DNA of 64,000 bases from a bacterium (GTDB lineage: Bacteria; Patescibacteriota; Minisyncoccia; Moranbacterales; GWC2-37-73), in assembly GCA_037140955.1 (NCBI GenBank), contig JBAXDL010000002.1, positions 105,846-169,845 of the forward strand. Reading direction: 5' to 3'. Positions 50,624 to 61,500 of the stretch are shown piece after piece (position 1 is the stretch's first letter; each line of letters opens with the position of its first letter). The notes below the pieces were generated by a model, which was not told where the DNA came from, did no database searches, and saw only the letters and a list, made by a program, of their open reading frames with translations. Both the position numbers and the translations under genes were made by a program.

Positions 50624-50660
50624 TGTAAAAACAAAAACCCGCCTTGTATGCGGGTTTTCA
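50624..50660 (-). terminator. intrinsic terminator
   Basis: Stem AACCCGCC-TTGTAT-GCGGGTT. On the minus strand it is followed by TTTTTGTTTTT. Confidence 0.6.
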
Positions 50661-50680
50661 AGAATAAAAATGAAAGTATT

Positions 50681-53290
50681 TTACTGACCAATCGGAGCGC
50701 TTTGTCCATTGACTGGTTGCGTGGTTGTTTCCGGAGCTGGAGATTCTTGGGCTGCAGCAGGTGCTGGAGTTGGAGCAACTTCAGTGACCAGGTTTTCAGG
50801 CTTGTTTTCAATGCCAGCGGCAATATTGCTAATCATTTTCTGAATCTTTGTTCTCACGTCAGCATTATCTTTTGGCAAAAGTTCCAAAACTTTCTTGTAT
50901 TGAGCTGAGGCTTCGCTTGTTCGTTTTGTTTTTTCATACAAAAGTCCCAATGAGAAAAGCGTGTTAACCTCTTTTTCATTTTTGCTCAAAATATTTTTGT
51001 AAATTGCTTCTGCAATTTTGTTGTCTTCATCATTTCCACGAGCTTGATGCATGCGAGCAGTGTTGTACACATAATTCAAATTGTTTTGCTCAGAAATAGC
51101 AGCGGTTTCAATTGATTTAATTGCGCTGTCCATTTCCCCAAGAGCTTCCTGGGCAAGTGCCAACTGATAATATGCTATTGCAAAATTTCCTTTTTCATCA
51201 ATAGCTTTTTGGAAAAAATCCTTAGCTTCTCGCACAACAGCCTTGGCTTCATCTGGAGTTTTTTTGGCCGAAGCTTGCGCCAACTTGATTTGTCCCAATT
51301 TCACTTGATAATTTGGATTGTGCGGTTCAAGATCAAGAGCTTTTTTGTAGTTTGTTTCGGCAAATGAAAATGAATCAGCCACATACAATCCTGAATTTTC
51401 ATAGATCTGAGCAAGTGCTTCAATGGCGGTCACATCGTTTGGTGAAAGCGCTGAAGCAATGTTCACTTCAGTGATTGAATCGTTGATATATTTTTGAATA
51501 AGCTCAAGATTGCGATCCTTTTCACCTTTGAGTGTTTGCTCATTGGCAAGACTCATCAATTCTTGTCCGATCAAGGTGTAGTAATGACTTTCGCGTCCAT
51601 TCCAATTTATTGCTACTGCCAACTTTTTCACACTTCCTTCTTGGGTGATTTTCTTTTCGCGCATTGCATCCCCCGCACTCAAATCAGCCAAATATATCTT
51701 GCCAATGAAAATAAACAAGAACACCACACCGGCACTCACCACCATGAACACAAAAGCCAAAGCCAAAGCAAATTTTGGAGAAGCTTTCAAGGACAAAAGC
51801 AAGAAGTTGTCTTCAGAGTCGCTTTCTGACATGAGCATCGAAACAGCCATAGCACCAAGCAGCGCGCCCAAGAGCAAAATCGAACCTTCAATTTTCCCAG
51901 TGAATGATCCCACCAAAAAAACCAAAGCAGCAGAAAAAACACCTAGAGAATAAATCTTGTTTTTTGCTTTGTTGATGCTCAAAAGATACACTCCGATGCT
52001 GACAAAAGTCAGTGCCAACAAAACAACCGTGATGGTGCCGGCAATACCAAGAGTTGAAAGAGATTCGAAAAATACCCCAGAACCCTGAAAGAAACGCAGG
52101 TCATAATATTGATTGATGTTGAAAGTCTGTGGTTTGTTCAAAGAAAAATTATAACCATAGGTGGCTGGACCGCTTCCGATCAACAATTTTTGCTTCAATG
52201 ATTCTTTGGCGATGTCCCATGACAATTGATATGACGGACTGGCTTCAATTGGAAGTTGAATTCTGGCTATTGAATTGACTCCAATCATCAAAATTGTCAA
52301 AATAGCCACAAAAACAAACATTGGAATCCAAGCTTGATTACCTCTTGGACGCACAATCTGAGCCAGGATATAAATCAAAAAGAAACTGCTACCCAAAAGC
52401 ACCGAAAGCCATGGCACAAAAGTGTACAAAACCAACAAAACAAACAAATTCAAAGCAATTGTGACAAAAATAAAAGTCTTTTCAATCAAAAACAACTTAC
52501 TTTTTTTCTTGCCCTCCTCAGCAGTTGAACCGAAAATCAAAGAAATCAAAAGTGGCAACATCGCACCAAAAAAGATTGACATGCCGGTCAACGATCCAAT
52601 TGGGCTGAGTGGCACAAAAGGAGCAAGTTGCGCTGGCACAATTTGCAAACCAAGAAAATTGAGTGTGGCCCACAGTGCCAACAGAAAATTAGCAGCCACC
52701 AAAACCATTCCCATGAGCGCAAATCTTTTTTTGTCAAAATTGCTAACAATCAGATAATATGCAATGATCAGCGATGTCAAAAACATGAAACCTCGCGATG
52801 GATCTCCAAAAAATCCCCAAAAACTATGCCATTTGTCAACCGAAAAAGCCATCGAAATTCCATAAAAAATCCAAAGCAAAACAATTGGAACATCCAAAGG
52901 AGTTTTTTTGATTTTCATCTCACCAGTGATCACACCCTTGGAAACCCAAGCAACCAAAGCTAGCAAAAGCCAGAAATAAAAATAGATTTGTTTTTCAAAA
53001 GAAATTCCCTGCAAAGTGAGGCCTGTGAAAAAAATCGGAACTCCAAAAAAAATCGCCCCCAAGCAAAACACAATGAACTTGTCCAAAAGTCCCACAATCT
53101 TTTTTGGCTCAGTGGCAAATTCTTCCTCTTTTTTGTGATGCTCGGCAGCGCCACTGGAAAAGCGCGCGCCGCTGGAAGAAAAATGATGCATTGCTTGAAA
53201 AGTTTTTTCGCGCGCAGTCTCAGGCTTGGCATCATTTTGTGTTCCAATTTTGACAGAAGTTCCTCGGGAGTTTTGATTTTGAAATTCCAT
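50681..53290 (-). CDS. O-antigen-ligase-like (Wzy_C) polytopic membrane protein with C-terminal TPR repeats and a Pro/Ala-rich tail
   Basis: About 12 TM helices with a large extracytoplasmic loop. The C-terminal about 330 aa contain multiple TPR-like helical pairs. Terminal APTPAPAAAQESPAPETTTQP. Confidence 0.65.
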   Translation of the reverse strand: MEFQNQNSRGTSVKIGTQNDAKPETAREKTFQAMHHFSSSGARFSSGAAEHHKKEEEFATEPKKIVGLLDKFIVFCLGAIFFGVPIFFTGLTLQGISFEKQIYFYFWLLLALVAWVSKGVITGEMKIKKTPLDVPIVLLWIFYGISMAFSVDKWHSFWGFFGDPSRGFMFLTSLIIAYYLIVSNFDKKRFALMGMVLVAANFLLALWATLNFLGLQIVPAQLAPFVPLSPIGSLTGMSIFFGAMLPLLISLIFGSTAEEGKKKSKLFLIEKTFIFVTIALNLFVLLVLYTFVPWLSVLLGSSFFLIYILAQIVRPRGNQAWIPMFVFVAILTILMIGVNSIARIQLPIEASPSYQLSWDIAKESLKQKLLIGSGPATYGYNFSLNKPQTFNINQYYDLRFFQGSGVFFESLSTLGIAGTITVVLLALTFVSIGVYLLSINKAKNKIYSLGVFSAALVFLVGSFTGKIEGSILLLGALLGAMAVSMLMSESDSEDNFLLLSLKASPKFALALAFVFMVVSAGVVFLFIFIGKIYLADLSAGDAMREKKITQEGSVKKLAVAINWNGRESHYYTLIGQELMSLANEQTLKGEKDRNLELIQKYINDSITEVNIASALSPNDVTAIEALAQIYENSGLYVADSFSFAETNYKKALDLEPHNPNYQVKLGQIKLAQASAKKTPDEAKAVVREAKDFFQKAIDEKGNFAIAYYQLALAQEALGEMDSAIKSIETAAISEQNNLNYVYNTARMHQARGNDEDNKIAEAIYKNILSKNEKEVNTLFSLGLLYEKTKRTSEASAQYKKVLELLPKDNADVRTKIQKMISNIAAGIENKPENLVTEVAPTPAPAAAQESPAPETTTQPVNGQSAPIGQ

Positions 53291-53383
53291 ATTTTAATTT
53301 TATTTTTGAAAGTTATAATATTTTAATTTTAATCTTTTTTTGGAAATAACGCAACCGCATTAGAAAAATAAATCACAAAAAAT

Positions 53384-56300
53384 TTAGCGGAAGCGACCAG
53401 CACCGCGAACCCTGGCAGCGCCACGCAAGATGCCTTCTGGTTTCAAATTTTTAGTGATAAAATAATAAACCGATTCGCTGCCGTATGCGCCAACTGCAAA
53501 ATCATCCGCACCATCACCATTAAAATCACTCATCACCGCAGCTGTGCCAAAAGCACTGCCATTAATTGCGTCACCTGAAAATTTCATGTCAGCATATGTC
53601 TGAGCACCTACAGTCGGCAAAGAGCCATCATTAAAATAAACCCATAAATCATTTCTAAGCTGGCTTCTCTCTGAACCAACCAATAAATCTTTTTTTCCAT
53701 CCAGATTAAAATCGCCAGCTAATAAAGTACCACCGAAAGCAAAATTACTACTCGCTGTAAGTAGCCAACTTGCACTAGCAGCCAAGGCTGGATAAGTACC
53801 ATTATAGAAAATATAAACCCTGCCATTGCCATTATAATTATTATACCTATAAGCACCAACAACCAAATCATCTCTGCTGTCATTGTTAAAATCACCAACT
53901 GTAAAGGCTGCGCCAAAAAAATTGTTAGTTGCCTCACCAGTGATGTTTGCATCAGCATTAGAAATCGTTGTCAAGGGAAGCAAAAGTTGTGAGCCACTTG
54001 TCAAATGCGTGCTGCTGTAAAAAAGATAAGTTCGGCCAGTGTTAGTTGAAAATCCATAGGCACCCACTGCCAAATCTGTTTTGGTGTCAAAATCAAAATC
54101 ACCCACACCAAAAGCTGAACCAAGATAGTTACTAGTTGTCTCGCCAGTAATGATAATGTCAGCATTGGAAAGATTTGAAAGTGACAAAAGAACTTGCGAG
54201 CCACTGGTCAGGCGCGCGCTTTTGAAAACATAAGCTCGGCCAGTGTTGGTTGAAAATCCATAGGCACCGACTGCCAAATCTGTTTTAGTGTCCCCATTAA
54301 AATCTCCCACTGCCAAGGTGTTGCCAAAATAATTGTTAGCAGCTTCGCCAGTGATAATAGAATCAGCATTGGCAGCCAAAGCTGGAAGATTATTATCATT
54401 ATTAAAAACATACGCTCTGCCAGTGTTTGTCGAAAATCCATAGGCACCCACCGACAAATCTGTTTTGGTGTCAGCATTGAAATCCCCCGTCATCAAAGCG
54501 CCGCCAAAAAAGTCACCAACATTTTCCCCCGTAATGTTTGTGTCAGCATTGGTAGAGGTTGGGGCCTTGCCGGAGTTGTAGAAAAAATAAACTCTTCCGG
54601 TGCTGCCAGCATATCCAGGAGAGCCCACCACCAAATCAACTCTGCTATCACCATTAAAATCTCCAGCCGCCAAAGCATATCCAAATTTGTCATAATTGAC
54701 CGTGTTTGAAATTGAAAAATCAGCACCAGCAGAAGTAGCAGGATAAGATCCTTTACTATTAAAAATATAAACGCGACCAATAGGATAAGAATATCCATAA
54801 CCACCAACAACAAGATCGTTTTTTCCATCAGCATTAAAATCACCAGCAGCAAAAGAACCTCCAAAATAACCATTGGCTATAGTTCCATCAATAATAACAT
54901 CCCCATTATTAGCACTACACGAAGAGGGAGTTCCCGAACAAACAGCTGTGCCAAAATTATTTGTTCCATCTGCGTAGAAAAGATACACCCTTCCTACATT
55001 AGAATTGTAACCATAATAACCAACTGCCAAATCTGTTTTTCCATCAGCATTAAAATCTCCAGCAAAAACATTACTATAACTAATAAAAAAATTATAAATA
55101 TAAGCATTAGCTCCTGCCGTAGTAGCAGGATAAGCACCACTATTATTATAAAAAAGATAAAGATAATTCGTACCAGAATCACCAACAGCCAAATCTGTTT
55201 TTCCATCAGCATTAAAATCTCCAGCTGTAATTCTGGCACCAAATGTATTGAAAGAATTAGCTCCTTGAATAATAGCACTTGCAGTGTCAGCATTCCTTGT
55301 TGTGACATTTCCATTATGAAATATATATACGCGACCATGATTTGTGCCATTATTATAATAATCAGCACCAACAGCCAAATCTGTTTTTGTGTCACCATTA
55401 AAATCTCCAGCAGCGAGAGAGTATCCAAACCTTCCCGCATTAATAACTTCACCTGTCAAAATAGCATCAGCATTGGCAGCCAATGTTTGATAAGGTGCAT
55501 TATAAAAAACATATACTCGTCCAGCATCTGCCATGGATCCTGGATTATAACCATAAGCACCAACAGCCAAATCAGTTTTTATGTCACCATTAAAATCACC
55601 GATCGCAAAAGAAGCTCCAAAATAATTATTAGTTGCTTCGCCAGCAATGATCAAATCAGCTGCGCTATTAAAAGTTGGATATGATCCATCATTATAAAAA
55701 ATATATACTCGACCAGTGGACGATGAATAATATTGATCAGTAACCAACAAATCCATATTGCCATCAGAATTAAAATCTCCTGCACCAATAGAAGCTCCAA
55801 AATTAAAACTAGCATAAACATCTGAAATCATCACGTCCGCTCCACCACTCACATTAGACATTGATCCATCATTATAAAAAATATACACCCGACCGGAAGT
55901 TCCAGCGCCATTCAATGTCATACCAACTGCCAAATCTGTTTTTCCATCAGCATTGAAATCTCCCGCAGCCAAAGACCTCCCAAAATAACCATCGGTTGCA
56001 AAGTCATTGACATATGAATTTTTTATAACCTTTCCACTCTCTTTGAAGCCATTATTGGAATAAAAAGCATATACAAAGCCAGTTGATGGCCACTGCGTTG
56101 AGCAAAGCAAGTCCACGCGCCCATCATTATTAATATCCATAACTGCCATATTTAAACCAAAATATCCAAAATCACCAGGAGCGGCTGAGATCATAACATC
56201 GGCATAATCACCATTATTTGGCATGGAACCATCATTATAAAAAATCTTAACATTACTACCGCCACTCCACTTGTATTGATATGTAGCAAGATCTTTTTTT

Positions 56301-58387
56301 CCATCGCCATCAAAGTCGCCCGCCACAATCTTAACAGCAAAATCCTTATCAGTAACAGCAGCATCAGTGATCACAAAATCAGCAGCACTGGACAATGCTG
56401 GATACACTCCATCGTTATAAAAAATATAAATTTTCCCAGTGCCACTAACGCTTCCGCCAGACGCAATCAGATCTAATTTTCCATCATTATTTAAATCGCT
56501 AAAAAGTATAGACTCTCCAAATTCATATATTCCAGATTCACCAGCAATCACAAAATCAGCGCCAGTTGCATTTTTTGTTACAATAGCACCATTATAGAAA
56601 ACATAAACATATCCATAATTTGGGTTTGATTGTGGAGAACTAGAAATCAAGTCCGTTTTTCCATCAGCATTAAGATCTCCAGCTGCCAAACCAGAGCCAA
56701 ATGAATCATTATTAGCATTACCAGTAAGTACCACATCAGCATTTGAAACACTGGAAGCAAGCGACAAAAGAATTTGGGAAGCTCCCGTTAACCTTGAACT
56801 ATAAAAAACATAAACCCTTCCTGTGTTTCCGGAAAATCTATAAGCTCCGATTGCCAAATCAGTCTTAGTGTCACCATTAAAGTCACCCACTGCAAAAGAA
56901 GAACCAAAATAGTTACTTGTAGCTTCACCGGAAATAATAACATTAGCATTGGCACTATTACAAACAAGTGGTGAGCTGCCAGTGCAAGCCACGGTGCCAA
57001 AATTTCCAGCCCCATTTCCATTCAATATATAAACACGACCAGAATATGTAGAATACTGAGAATAACCAATCACCAGATCATTTTTTCCGTCAGCATTGAA
57101 ATCACCAACACCAACCGAGTCACCAAAAAAAGCAGAACCAGCCACTCCATTAATAATAACATCGGCTCCGGCAGCAGTAGTTGGAACTGAATTATCACCA
57201 TAAAAAACATACACCCTACCAAGAGAAGAGTTATATCCATATGCTCCAACCACTAAATCATCTTTTCCATCACCATTAAAATCAGCAACCGCAATAGCAG
57301 AATAATTTCTACCATAAAAATCGTTAGACGATCCAAAATAACTACTCGCCTCCCCCGTGATCGTCATCCCCTCACTGGAAATCCCCGGAGCTACAAAAGA
57401 AATGGTCGGATCCAGCGCCAAAGGATATTGACTTTTTTGCACTGAAAAATTGAGAGAAATTTTGGAATTTTCGCTGTCCAACTCCCAATCAAGATTGGTT
57501 TTGTTTTTTTGTGCATCAACAAAATATGGGCGTGGAATGATGAAGTCTGGTTGCTTGTTTCCTTTTTCAATGTCAGCGCCCTCATCTTTTTGGAGGGCAA
57601 TTTTGGCTCGCTCGAAAAGATTGCTGTCCACTTGAGCTTTGACTTCTTCGTTTTTGACATCCTGCTGGCCAAAATAGAATCCTTCAATGTCACCATTGGA
57701 GTTTTTTTTGAGTTTCACGTTTTCAAAAGAGTATTGTTCTTTTTCTGTTCCATTTCCATTGTTGTATACAATCCAGTTTTTGACTTTTCTTTGTTGCTTT
57801 TGAGTGTCTCGTTGATAAGTATAATAGATTGATTTTCTTTTTTGTTGATCTTGATACTGTAAAATGTCTTGCCTTTTGGGATTTTCTTTTTGAAGCAGTG
57901 GATCGCTTTGGCTGATGGGGTTTTCTGTCTTGATGTCTTGCTTGGTGGAAAAAAGATTCAAATTGAAACCATCACCATTAGAGTCAGTCATGGAGAAGGA
58001 TCTTTGTTCGTCCAACTTGATTTGGATTTTTTTGGAATATTCTTTTGGAAAATCAACCACAAAGTTGTCCTCTGGGGCTGGGGTGATTTTTTCTTCTCCT
58101 TCTTTTTTTACTTGAATGGTTGGACCATTGGCTTTGGAGTCTGTGATCTCATAGTTTTCTCCTTGATCAGTCAGATTGCTTGTTGGCAAAGCTTGAATGT
58201 CATTTTGCACTTCTGCTCCTGCAGCCTTGGCTTTGGATGTTTCTGTTGCAAAGGTTGGGATAGTGTTAAGGGTTTTATATCCTAGGATTACGAGGTATGT
58301 TGAAAAAGAGGCTAAGATAATTCCTATTGAAGCGATGAGGATGGTTTTTTTATTTTTATGAAACATTAAGTTAATTGTAACATGCAT
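53384..58387 (-). CDS. giant FG-GAP (integrin-alpha beta-propeller) repeat surface protein, 1667 aa
   Basis: N-terminal TM anchor. More than 20 repeats of FGxSxAxGDFNGDGKxDLAVGAYGY...GRVYVFY. Confidence 0.85.
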   Translation of the reverse strand: MHVTINLMFHKNKKTILIASIGIILASFSTYLVILGYKTLNTIPTFATETSKAKAAGAEVQNDIQALPTSNLTDQGENYEITDSKANGPTIQVKKEGEEKITPAPEDNFVVDFPKEYSKKIQIKLDEQRSFSMTDSNGDGFNLNLFSTKQDIKTENPISQSDPLLQKENPKRQDILQYQDQQKRKSIYYTYQRDTQKQQRKVKNWIVYNNGNGTEKEQYSFENVKLKKNSNGDIEGFYFGQQDVKNEEVKAQVDSNLFERAKIALQKDEGADIEKGNKQPDFIIPRPYFVDAQKNKTNLDWELDSENSKISLNFSVQKSQYPLALDPTISFVAPGISSEGMTITGEASSYFGSSNDFYGRNYSAIAVADFNGDGKDDLVVGAYGYNSSLGRVYVFYGDNSVPTTAAGADVIINGVAGSAFFGDSVGVGDFNADGKNDLVIGYSQYSTYSGRVYILNGNGAGNFGTVACTGSSPLVCNSANANVIISGEATSNYFGSSFAVGDFNGDTKTDLAIGAYRFSGNTGRVYVFYSSRLTGASQILLSLASSVSNADVVLTGNANNDSFGSGLAAGDLNADGKTDLISSSPQSNPNYGYVYVFYNGAIVTKNATGADFVIAGESGIYEFGESILFSDLNNDGKLDLIASGGSVSGTGKIYIFYNDGVYPALSSAADFVITDAAVTDKDFAVKIVAGDFDGDGKKDLATYQYKWSGGSNVKIFYNDGSMPNNGDYADVMISAAPGDFGYFGLNMAVMDINNDGRVDLLCSTQWPSTGFVYAFYSNNGFKESGKVIKNSYVNDFATDGYFGRSLAAGDFNADGKTDLAVGMTLNGAGTSGRVYIFYNDGSMSNVSGGADVMISDVYASFNFGASIGAGDFNSDGNMDLLVTDQYYSSSTGRVYIFYNDGSYPTFNSAADLIIAGEATNNYFGASFAIGDFNGDIKTDLAVGAYGYNPGSMADAGRVYVFYNAPYQTLAANADAILTGEVINAGRFGYSLAAGDFNGDTKTDLAVGADYYNNGTNHGRVYIFHNGNVTTRNADTASAIIQGANSFNTFGARITAGDFNADGKTDLAVGDSGTNYLYLFYNNSGAYPATTAGANAYIYNFFISYSNVFAGDFNADGKTDLAVGYYGYNSNVGRVYLFYADGTNNFGTAVCSGTPSSCSANNGDVIIDGTIANGYFGGSFAAGDFNADGKNDLVVGGYGYSYPIGRVYIFNSKGSYPATSAGADFSISNTVNYDKFGYALAAGDFNGDSRVDLVVGSPGYAGSTGRVYFFYNSGKAPTSTNADTNITGENVGDFFGGALMTGDFNADTKTDLSVGAYGFSTNTGRAYVFNNDNNLPALAANADSIITGEAANNYFGNTLAVGDFNGDTKTDLAVGAYGFSTNTGRAYVFKSARLTSGSQVLLSLSNLSNADIIITGETTSNYLGSAFGVGDFDFDTKTDLAVGAYGFSTNTGRTYLFYSSTHLTSGSQLLLPLTTISNADANITGEATNNFFGAAFTVGDFNNDSRDDLVVGAYRYNNYNGNGRVYIFYNGTYPALAASASWLLTASSNFAFGGTLLAGDFNLDGKKDLLVGSERSQLRNDLWVYFNDGSLPTVGAQTYADMKFSGDAINGSAFGTAAVMSDFNGDGADDFAVGAYGSESVYYFITKNLKPEGILRGAARVRGAGRFR

Positions 58388-58551
58388 TAAATAATTTCAA
58401 AATCCAAAAATCAAATACCAAATCAAATCCAAGTCTCAAGATAAAAAAATTTAAAAATATTATGCCCTATTTTTTAATTTGAAATTTGGATTTTGAAATT
58501 TGAAATTAATTTATCATTTGGATTTTGAAATTTGGATTTACCTATATGTTC

Positions 58552-61500
58552 TTACCGAAACTTCACCTTGCCATGAATTTTGAAAGCACCTTTGGCCTTT
58601 ATAAGTCCTTGAAAATTTGGACCAGCTTCGAAGGGATAGACAAAAAATGTTCCGGCACTTGATGATGCTGTTGGAGCACCGACAATCAAGTCTGGATTTC
58701 CGTCGCCAGAAAGATCGGCCACAGCCAAAGATGAACCAAAACTTGCAGCTGTCAGTGGAGAGCCAATAGCGATGCCAGTGATTGATCCAGCCACACCAGA
58801 AGTGATACCTTTGTTGTCATAAAACAAATATGTTCGTCCAGCAGAGGATGAATATCCATAAGATCCAACGGCAAGATCAGTTTTTCCATCAGAATTGAAA
58901 TCACCAGCAACCATGGAACTGCCAAAGTAGTTCGAACTTGCCTCTCCAGTGATAAGAGCATCAGCAGAGGTTGCATTTTTTGTTGTAATATTTCCACCAT
59001 AAAAAACATAGACGCGACCAGCATTAGTTGCATATGCATTTCCACTTATTGCCAAATCCATCTTGCCATCAGCATTAAAATCTCCAGCAATCAAAGATGA
59101 TCCAAGCGCACTATTTGCTTCTCCGGATATAATAACATCAGCATTTGTAGCCAAACATGATGATTGCGCGCCAGCACAAACAGCGGTGCCAAAATTATTT
59201 GTCCCATCAGCATAAAAAACATAGGCGCGACCATTGGTTGATGTGTATGTGTTTGCACCAACTGCCAAATCTGTTTTACCATCAGAATTGAAATCGCCAG
59301 AAGCCAAAGACAAACCAAAGTTATTGCTAGTTGTCTCACCTGTGATTAAAACATTAGCAGCACCAACAGCCACAGGAGAAACGAAACTGCCACCATAAAA
59401 AATATAAACGCGGCCAGTATAGGTACTATAATTAAAAGAACCAATGGCCAAATCTGTTTTACCGTCAACATTGAAATCACCAGCCGCAAAAGACCAACCA
59501 AAAAAATCAGCCGTGGTGCCACCAGTCAAAACAACATTTGCAGAAATAGCAGTTATGGCCGCAGCCAAACCACTACCACCATAAAAAATGTATGCCCTGC
59601 CAGTGCTAACATTAAAACCATATGCACCAACAACAAAATCCACCACGCCATCAGCATTAAAATCTCCAGCAGTCAACGACGAGCCAAAATAATTTCCAGC
59701 AGCCTCGCCAGTAATCACTACATCGGCTGTAGCGGCAGTGGTTGGAATTGCGCCATCGTTATAAAAAATATATGTTCTTCCGGTGCTGGCAGCAGCTCCA
59801 GGATTGAAACCAGTGGCGCCAACCGCCAAATCGATTTTTCCGTCGCCATTAAAATCTCCAGTAGTCATGGATGTTGCAAATTGACTTGCTGTTTCACCAA
59901 CTGATTTTGTTTCGTTGGAGGTGTAAATATAGACTTTGCCAGCACTAAGGTAATTATTAATAATATAATCACAAGCTCCCACAATCAAATCTGTTTTGCC
60001 GTCATTGTTGAGATCACCAGCAACCACAATAAAGCCAAATTTGTCATTAACCTTTTCACCAAAAACTTTTACATCCGCTGCTCCAGCAGTGGTTGGAATT
60101 GAACCATCATTATTGAAAACATAGACAGCACCTTTATTGATCTGATATGTGAATGTTCCAACAGCCAAGTCAGTTCTTCCATCAGCGTTGAAATCACCCG
60201 AAGCCAAGGTGTTGCCAAACCAGCTTCCACTTTCTCCAGCAATTGAAACATCGGCAGTTGCTGAAGTTGCTGGATATGGCAAACCATCATTGTTGAAAAT
60301 AAAAACAGCGCCAGAGCCAGCAGAATATCCAAATGCGGCAACAGCAAGATCAATTCTGCCATCCGAATTGAAATCTCCAGCAGCAAGAGCTGAGCCGAAG
60401 TTATTGTTAACTGCTCCACCTGTGATCACGACATCCGCAGTTGCCACAGTGGTCTGGGATATTCCATTATTATTATAGAAAATATATACTCTTCCTGTGG
60501 AGCCTGAATAATTAACTGAACCAAATGCCAAATCTGTTTTTCCATCAGCATTGAAATCGCCAGTGGTCATGGAATAAATACTGTCAGTTGATGAAATTTC
60601 CAAGTCTGCAGTGGCTGAAGTTGTCGGATATGCCAAGCCATCATTATTGAAAATAAAAACAGAAAGACTGCTTGCAACTGCAAGGTCAACTCTGCCATCA
60701 GCGTTGAAGTCGCCAGCAACAATATTTCGACCAAATTGACCAAGTGCTGTTGATCCAGTGATGACGACATCAGCATTAGCAGCAAGAGAAGGAAAAGAAC
60801 CATCGTTATAGAAAATATAGACGCGACCAAGATTAACACTGTTTGCATTGTCTCCGACTGCCAAATCGGTTTTTCCATCAGAGTTGAAATCGCCAGCAAC
60901 TATACCCGCTATACCAAAGTTACTGCTAGAATTTTCACCAGTAATAATAGCATCGGCACCGGATGCAAGATTTGTTATTGTGCCGTCATTATAATATATA
61001 TATATATATCTAGAACCGCCACCCACCGCCAAATCCATTTTTCCATCCGCATTAAAATCCCCTGTTGCCATTGAAGCACCAAACCTATACTGGCCACTAT
61101 CATATTTCCCAGTAATCGTCAGCTCCTGCCCCATCGCGCCTGAAATTCGGTTGGCAGTTTGAGTTTTTTGAATCTGCCAAGCATACGCATCGCGCGTTTC
61201 ATAGAAATAGACAGTGCCGGTGTTTGCATTTGTGCCGTATGCACCAACAACCAAGTCAGTTTTCCCATCAGAGTTGAAATCACCGGAAGTGATTGACGAG
61301 CAAAAATTATCATTGATTGCCCCGCCAGTCAAAACAACATCAGCATTGACTGCAGTTGTTGGAATTGAGCCGTCGTTATAGAAAATATACACCTTTCCAA
61401 TACTGGAAGAAACCCAAGCATCACCCAAGGCAAGATCTGTTTTTCCATCAGTATTGAAGTCGCCAACAGTCATGTATATTCCAAAAGTTGCACTTTCACC